From assembly GCA_026003475.1 (NCBI GenBank), contig BPHJ01000001.1:1737281-1801280 (forward strand): a stretch of DNA of 64,000 nt. The letters are read 5' to 3'. The position numbers and the translations under genes are program-made. The DNA comes from Candidatus Kapaibacterium sp. (lineage in GTDB: Bacteria; Bacteroidota; Ignavibacteria; Kapaibacteriales; NICIL-2). Below the pieces are notes generated by a model. That model saw only the letters and a program-made list of their open reading frames with translations, did no database searches and was not told where the DNA came from. Positions 59,515-64,000 of this stretch are shown here, in pieces (position 1 is the first letter of the stretch; the number at the start of each line of letters is the position of its first letter).

Positions 59515-60189
59515 ATGAAACAGATTCTGTGCTTGCTCGCGTGTGCTCTCTGGATCGCCGGCTGTGCTGATCCGAGTGGCATTACCGACCCTGTCGTCGA
59601 AAATCCCAAGCCCCTCGAACTCACCATCACCAGCGACCATTTGAGCGAAACCCAAGCAGAAGATCGCTCGATGACTAAAGGTGATGATCAAGAGCTGGTC
59701 CTGGTACCGGCGACGACGCCGGAGCAACCCTGGACCAACCTAACCGAGCGGAACACGATCGTGGTGGATACCGCCACCGGACGGATCCTTCGTTTGCGGC
59801 TCAGCCTTATTCCCAAGCTTGAGCGTCCGCGGGATACGATGGTGGTCTCTCTCCGACGCGTGCTTCTCGAATTCGATAGCAGCGATGGACTTCGTCTCGA
59901 TAGCCATGAGCGCATCTTCCGCGGCGGCCAAGCACTCATTATCCTGCGCGAGATCGCAATGGGTGGCCAGTCCATCTTCTACCGCTTCCTGCGCATTGAT
60001 CCTGCCAGCAGCGACGTCCCCAATGAGCTGCGGGACTCGGTGTACTGCAAGCTCAAGCTTTGGCGAACAAGTCAGCGAACCATCGTCTTCAAGCTTACAA
60101 TCCAGCACTTTGTGATAGCCGAGCGCCAGGGGCAGCGCGAGATACGGCGTCTTCGCATCTCGCTGTTGGGAGAACGGCCGCTTTTCTAA
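59515..60189 (+). CDS. Hypothetical lipoprotein
   Basis: The lipoprotein signal MKQILCLLACALWIAGC has a lipobox. I recognise no family. It is third in line after the sigma and anti-sigma genes. Confidence 0.55.
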   Translation: MKQILCLLACALWIAGCADPSGITDPVVENPKPLELTITSDHLSETQAEDRSMTKGDDQELVLVPATTPEQPWTNLTERNTIVVDTATGRILRLRLSLIPKLERPRDTMVVSLRRVLLEFDSSDGLRLDSHERIFRGGQALIILREIAMGGQSIFYRFLRIDPASSDVPNELRDSVYCKLKLWRTSQRTIVFKLTIQHFVIAERQGQREIRRLRISLLGERPLF

Positions 60190-60213
60190 AGTGCGTATTT
60201 TTGCGCACCAGAT

Positions 60214-60288
60214 GGCGGGCATAGCTCAGTTGGTTAGAGCACCAGATTGTGGCTCTGGGGGTCGCGGGTTCGAGTCCCGTTGCCCGCC
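60214..60288 (+). tRNA. tRNA-His (anticodon GTG)
   Basis: Cloverleaf read directly, including the His-specific extra G at position -1 (60214) opposite discriminator C. The acceptor stem is GCGGGCA/TGCCCGC, the anticodon arm CCAGA-TTGTGGC-TCTGG, and the T-arm GCGGG-TTCGAGT-CCCGT. Confidence 0.9.
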
Positions 60289-60289
60289 C

Positions 60290-60754
60290 TTAGGATTCTT
60301 CGTGGCGCCGCATGGCACGCTCCATTTCTTGTTGCTTGATTTCCTCTCGCCGGTCGTAGAGTTTCTTGCCGCGAACAACCCCCAGTTCAACTTTGGCGTA
60401 GGGGCCAGAAAAGTAGATCGCCAGCGGCACAATCGTCATGCCTTTTTCCTCGATCATCGAACGAAGCCGCACCAACTCCCGACGATGCAGCAGCAGCTTT
60501 CGAGGCCGGGTGGGATTATGATTGGCATACGAGCCCTGCTCGTAGGGTGCAATGTGGAGGTTGACCAGCCACAGCTCGAGCTTGCGCTTATCGAGAAAGG
60601 TTGCATAGGCATCCGTTAGATTGACCTTGCCCGCGCGGAGAGATTTGACCTCGGTTCCCTGCAGAGCAATGCCCGCCTCGAGACGGTGCACGATATGGTA
60701 GTGGTGCTGTGCTTTTCGATTGGTGACGACAATGTGCACCGGTCGCTGGCTCAT
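60290..60754 (-). CDS. smpB: SsrA-binding protein
   Basis: VTNRKAQHHYHI...AGIALQGTEVKSLRAGKVNLTDAY...HIAPYEQGSYANHNPTRPRKLLLHRRE is a near-consensus SmpB. Confidence 0.95.
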   Translation of the reverse strand: MSQRPVHIVVTNRKAQHHYHIVHRLEAGIALQGTEVKSLRAGKVNLTDAYATFLDKRKLELWLVNLHIAPYEQGSYANHNPTRPRKLLLHRRELVRLRSMIEEKGMTIVPLAIYFSGPYAKVELGVVRGKKLYDRREEIKQQEMERAMRRHEES

Positions 60755-61701
60755 GAACGCTTTCGCTTTGGTTTACCGATGAAATCGCTCCAGATATAGT
60801 TGCTCGGCGGTTGCCGGCGTCCCTGCTGGGCAAGCTCGATGAGAAACTCGGCGGTCGTCTGCACCACCCACTCGAAGTTGTCCTCCTGCACCGAGCTGCG
60901 TTCAGCGTCCGGTGCGGGATTGAGAAAGTCAATTGCATACGGTACTCCATCAGCGACAGCGAACTCGACGGTGTTGAAGTCGTATCCGAGCGCTGAACAA
61001 ATCGTAAGCGCCAGGTCCTCGATTTGGCTGAGGCGCTCATTGCTCGGTGTCCACGAAGCCACATACCGCAGGTGATGCGGATTGCGCGGTTCGTAGGGCA
61101 TCACGCGCACCCAGCGACGCCCGATGCAGTAGCACCGATAGTACTCGGTAAACTCCACCGCCGATTGGAGCACCATGCACAAATCCCCCGTCTGATCATA
61201 GGCAGCAAAAAACTCCTCCGGTGAATGGACCTTGAACACATGCTTCCAACCGCCGCCTGCATGCGGTTTGAGAAATGCTGGGAACCCGACGTACTCGAAG
61301 ATTGCCTGCCAGTCGAGCGGATAGATAAGGTTGCGCATGGATTCGGCAGTAGTTCCCGGCGGGTGTTCTTTGTGCGGAAGCAATACCGTCCGGGGGACGG
61401 GAACACCAATCCGCTCCATGAGTGCGTAGTTGAAAAACTTGTCGTCGGCACTCCACCAGAAGGGGTTATTGACCACCCGCGTGCCGCCTAACGCCGCAAC
61501 TTTCAGCATCGAACGGTAGAAGGGAATGTCGTGAGAGATTCGGTCCAGGATCACATCGTACCCAAGAAGTGCATCCATTCGAACACCACCGACCTTGACA
61601 AATTCTGCGCGCACGTCGGGTACATGCATGCTGTTGATGCGTTCGACCACTGCCGGGGGGAATGATTGCTCCATACCAAAAAGCAAGCCGATCACTTTCA
61701 T
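60751..61701 (-). CDS. ATP-grasp domain protein (RimK / glutathione-synthetase-like ligase fold)
   Basis: ATP-grasp hallmarks are present: DKFFNYALMERIGVPVPRTVLL, GFPAFLKPHAGGGWKHVFKV, and YYRCYCIG...NTVEFAV...YAIDFLNPAPD. Its stop overlaps the smpB start (ATGA at 60751-60754). Confidence 0.75.
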   Translation of the reverse strand: MKVIGLLFGMEQSFPPAVVERINSMHVPDVRAEFVKVGGVRMDALLGYDVILDRISHDIPFYRSMLKVAALGGTRVVNNPFWWSADDKFFNYALMERIGVPVPRTVLLPHKEHPPGTTAESMRNLIYPLDWQAIFEYVGFPAFLKPHAGGGWKHVFKVHSPEEFFAAYDQTGDLCMVLQSAVEFTEYYRCYCIGRRWVRVMPYEPRNPHHLRYVASWTPSNERLSQIEDLALTICSALGYDFNTVEFAVADGVPYAIDFLNPAPDAERSSVQEDNFEWVVQTTAEFLIELAQQGRRQPPSNYIWSDFIGKPKRKRS

Positions 61702-61819
61702 GGATTCTTCTCCGAGTTCTTCAACGACACCGATGCAAATCTACACGAACACTGGCAGAACCCCTCGATAGCAGCACTACCGTACTTTTGCGGCGCAGCA
61801 TTCCGATGGCAATCTTCCC

Positions 61820-62917
61820 ATGCGACCGACACGAATCGAAATTTCGGCCAGCGCACTGCGAAATAACATTGCGCTCTTTCGCCGCATTGCTCCTGGTACG
61901 GTGCTTATCGCCGTCGTCAAGGCGAATGCCTACGGACATGGGATGGAATTGGTCGCACGCACCATCGAACCACTGGTGGATATGTTCGGTGTTGCATTCG
62001 TTGAGGAAGGTGCGGCGCTCCGAGTGGCTGGCATTACCAAACCCATCCTGGTGTTGATGACCCCAACGGTATCCGATGCGGAAACAATCGTTGCCGAGCG
62101 CTTGGATGTCGTCGCATGCTCCCTCGATGTGATGCAGCAGATCGATCGTGTTGCTCGAAGTCGCGCTCAGCGCATTGGCGCACACGTGTACGTTGATACC
62201 GGCATGCACCGTGATGGCATTCTGCCGGAGGAGGTCCCCGCATTTGTCGAAGCTTGTGCACAACTCGATGGTATCGAACTTGTTGGGATATGCACACACT
62301 TTGCCCGGAGCGATGAGCGAGACTGCACCATGACAACCGAGCAAAACCGACGCTTTGCACGTGTGCTCGACCAGCTTCAAGCAAAAGGGTATCGTTTTCC
62401 ACTTGTGCACGCTGCCAACACTGGCGCTGCTCTTCAACATCCAGCAACGCACTATTCTGCTCTGCGCATCGGCATCGGGCTCTACGGCATCGCTCCGGGT
62501 GAGGTTTATGCGCCGCAGCTCCAACCGGTCTTGCGACTTCGGACTGCAGTGACAGCCGTTCGTCGCATTCAAGCTGGTGAACCAGTCAGCTATGGCACGT
62601 ACTACCACGCGCCTGTCCCAACAACCATTGCAACCATTCCGATCGGTTATGGAGATGGCTTTTCTCGCATCCTGACCGGACAGGCAGAATGCCTCATCGG
62701 CGGCAAGTGCTATCCCATCGTCGGAGCTATCTGCATGGATGAATGCCTGGTGGATGTCGGCAATGATCCCGTTGCTATTGGTGACGAGGTTGTGCTCATC
62801 GGTTCGCAGGGAACCCAAGCGATCACAGCAAGCCAAATCGCACAACGTATGGGAACTATTCCCTACGAAGTGACCACGCTCCTCCACCACCGCATCGAGC
62901 GGCAGTTAGTCGAATAA
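61820..62917 (+). CDS. alr: Alanine racemase
   Basis: The PLP-lysine motif is AVVKANAYGHG. The second catalytic region reads PVSYGTYY...IPIGYGDG, and the C-terminal beta domain is typical of Alr. Confidence 0.9.
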   Translation: MRPTRIEISASALRNNIALFRRIAPGTVLIAVVKANAYGHGMELVARTIEPLVDMFGVAFVEEGAALRVAGITKPILVLMTPTVSDAETIVAERLDVVACSLDVMQQIDRVARSRAQRIGAHVYVDTGMHRDGILPEEVPAFVEACAQLDGIELVGICTHFARSDERDCTMTTEQNRRFARVLDQLQAKGYRFPLVHAANTGAALQHPATHYSALRIGIGLYGIAPGEVYAPQLQPVLRLRTAVTAVRRIQAGEPVSYGTYYHAPVPTTIATIPIGYGDGFSRILTGQAECLIGGKCYPIVGAICMDECLVDVGNDPVAIGDEVVLIGSQGTQAITASQIAQRMGTIPYEVTTLLHHRIERQLVE

Positions 62918-62968
62918 GCTCCGTGCAGAACCACTCTGCTGGTTGTTCCGTAAGTTTCGGCGTCGAAT

Positions 62969-63709
62969 ATGTTCAACCTTCCCTGGAGGAATGGTATGTA
63001 TCGCCGAGTCGTTGGAGTTGCGGCACTGATAGCCGCATTCGTGTTCCAGCACTGCACCGACAGCACCAGCCCTTCGACACCATCGGTCGAGCTCTATTCG
63101 GAGGTCAGCAGCTCGACCGTCCGCCAAGCGATTCAATCGGGAAAAGGCAACACTGCCACAGGCATTACCCTTGTTGACTCGATCAAAATTGATCGCGTCC
63201 GCATCTTGGTCCGTCGGCTCAAACTTCATCCGTCCGAGGATGATTCCAGCGGCAAGGACATCAAAACCGAACCCTTCATTGTGACCTTTACATCCCAACA
63301 GCAGTTGGTCACCAGTGCGACCATTCCCAGCGGTACGTACCGATGGATGAAGCTGGAATTCCATCGCTTATCCAACGAGGAAGCCGATCGCTTTTACTCC
63401 AACCCTGCATTTGCGGATTTCATTCCGCCGGAACGGTACAGCGTCATCATTGACGGCAGAGTCTATAGCCGAGGGAATATCCAGCCCGACACATTCACCT
63501 ATCGCAGCACCGTAACAGCCAACGTGCCGCTCAAGCTTGACCCACCAATGGAGGTCAACGAAAACACCATTCTGCGATTGGTGCTGCGTTTCGACCCTGC
63601 GGCAGTTTTTACTACCAGCGCTGGCATTGTCCTTCATCCGCTCGATCCGGATAACCGCAGCCTCATCGAAGGCAATATTCGTGTTGCCCTCAAAGCTCTC
63701 AAGCGGTAG
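62969..63709 (+). CDS. Hypothetical secreted/lipoprotein-like protein
   Basis: A signal-like segment, MYRRVVGVAALIAAFVFQHC (alternative ATG at 62996). It is beta-rich, and IPSGTYRWMKLEFHRLS loosely resembles DUF4382-type lipoproteins. The family assignment is weak. Confidence 0.5.
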   Translation: MFNLPWRNGMYRRVVGVAALIAAFVFQHCTDSTSPSTPSVELYSEVSSSTVRQAIQSGKGNTATGITLVDSIKIDRVRILVRRLKLHPSEDDSSGKDIKTEPFIVTFTSQQQLVTSATIPSGTYRWMKLEFHRLSNEEADRFYSNPAFADFIPPERYSVIIDGRVYSRGNIQPDTFTYRSTVTANVPLKLDPPMEVNENTILRLVLRFDPAAVFTTSAGIVLHPLDPDNRSLIEGNIRVALKALKR

Positions 63710-63733
63710 CAGTCCCCTCTAATGCATACTGGG

Positions 63734-63764
63734 CAGGGCGCACTCGGAAAAGCGGTGCGCCTTG
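63734..63764. terminator. Hairpin between convergent genes (possible bidirectional terminator)
   Basis: A 10-bp stem, CAGGGCGCAC (63734-63743) pairing with GTGCGCCTTG (63755-63764), with one G-T wobble and an 11-nt loop. It lies between the stop at 63709 (+) and the stop at 63806 (-). There is no strong T-tract on either side. Confidence 0.3.
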
Positions 63765-63805
63765 CTCATTTATACTCTTCGGTGGACATTGGGTATTGTT
63801 GTTCC

Positions 63806-64000
63806 CTACGGCTTTGGCTGGACAGGGGTAATAGTCGGCGGAGTGCTCTGTTTCTGCGCTGCTTGCCGCTGGCGACGGCGCTCGTTATAATCCACAGACT
63901 CACGGAAGCGGAAAGTGGAATCAATAATGCCCCGTGCACGGAGTGTATCGAGAGCAACACGGTAGCGCCCTATGTTCGGCAGTCCACGCCGAAGCTTCTG
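63806..64000 (-). CDS. 3' end of a gene running in from beyond the window (hypothetical protein, partial)
   Basis: The minus-strand frame is open from the window edge down to a TAG at 63806-63808. It translates as ...QKLRRGLPNIGRYRVALDTLRARGIIDSTFRFRESVDYNERRRQRQAAQKQSTPPTITPVQPKP. It is absent from the ORF track because no start codon lies inside the window. It looks more protein-like than the overlapping track ORF 63766..63960. Confidence 0.4.
   Translation of the reverse strand, partial: QKLRRGLPNIGRYRVALDTLRARGIIDSTFRFRESVDYNERRRQRQAAQKQSTPPTITPVQPKP

Noticed and set aside
61721-62890. 389-aa ORF antisense to alr
   Set aside because: The plus strand encodes a textbook alanine racemase (AVVKANAYGHG). 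The antisense ORF is a GC-content artefact.
63766-63960. 64-aa track ORF on the minus strand near the window end
   Set aside because: The translation (MLLSIHSVHGALLIPLSASVSLWIITSAV...) is not protein-like. A different minus-strand frame, open to the window edge (63806..64000), looks more like a genuine C-terminus.

Overview
GC-rich, very compact bacterial chromosomal segment: about 52 protein genes (2 cut by the window edges) and 2 tRNAs, with almost no intergenic DNA. Many start/stop codons overlap by 4 nt (ATGA or GTGA). Most content is housekeeping: accA, rsmG, miaB, fmt, polA, bamD, leuS, nadA, holA, smpB, alr, an S1-domain protein, malic enzyme, a PGI/PMI-type isomerase, and tRNA-His plus a tRNA with anticodon CAT. 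There are also envelope genes: a MacAB-like ABC efflux set, a wecB/wza/wbaP/GT2 polysaccharide cluster, heptose/LPS genes, several small beta-barrel proteins, and two large proteins with type IX secretion (T9SS)-style C-terminal sorting domains. The T9SS-type tails, BamD and the DUF4159/DUF4175-like pair suggest an FCB-superphylum organism (Bacteroidota/Chlorobiota/Ignavibacteriota/Rhodothermota-like); this is inference only. I saw no CRISPR array, rRNA, transposase, integrase, reverse transcriptase or phage genes, so nothing here looks like a classical mobile or defence island. The best candidates for undescribed biology are listed below. (1) A translationally coupled trio at 36.5-40.2 kb: a secreted Ig-like protein, an orphan MalF-type ABC permease, and a P-loop NTPase with a hydrophobic insert and a helical-repeat tail. 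(2) A DUF4159-like / giant Q/E-rich DUF4175-like / small beta-barrel module chained to polysaccharide export genes. (3) A GT2 enzyme fused to a catalytically gutted WbaP-like scaffold. (4) A pseudouridine-synthase homolog lacking the catalytic Asp. (5) An ECF sigma / anti-sigma pair in which the anti-sigma factor ends in a porin-like domain. All functional calls come from reading the supplied translations by eye (motifs and remembered family features). No database search was run.
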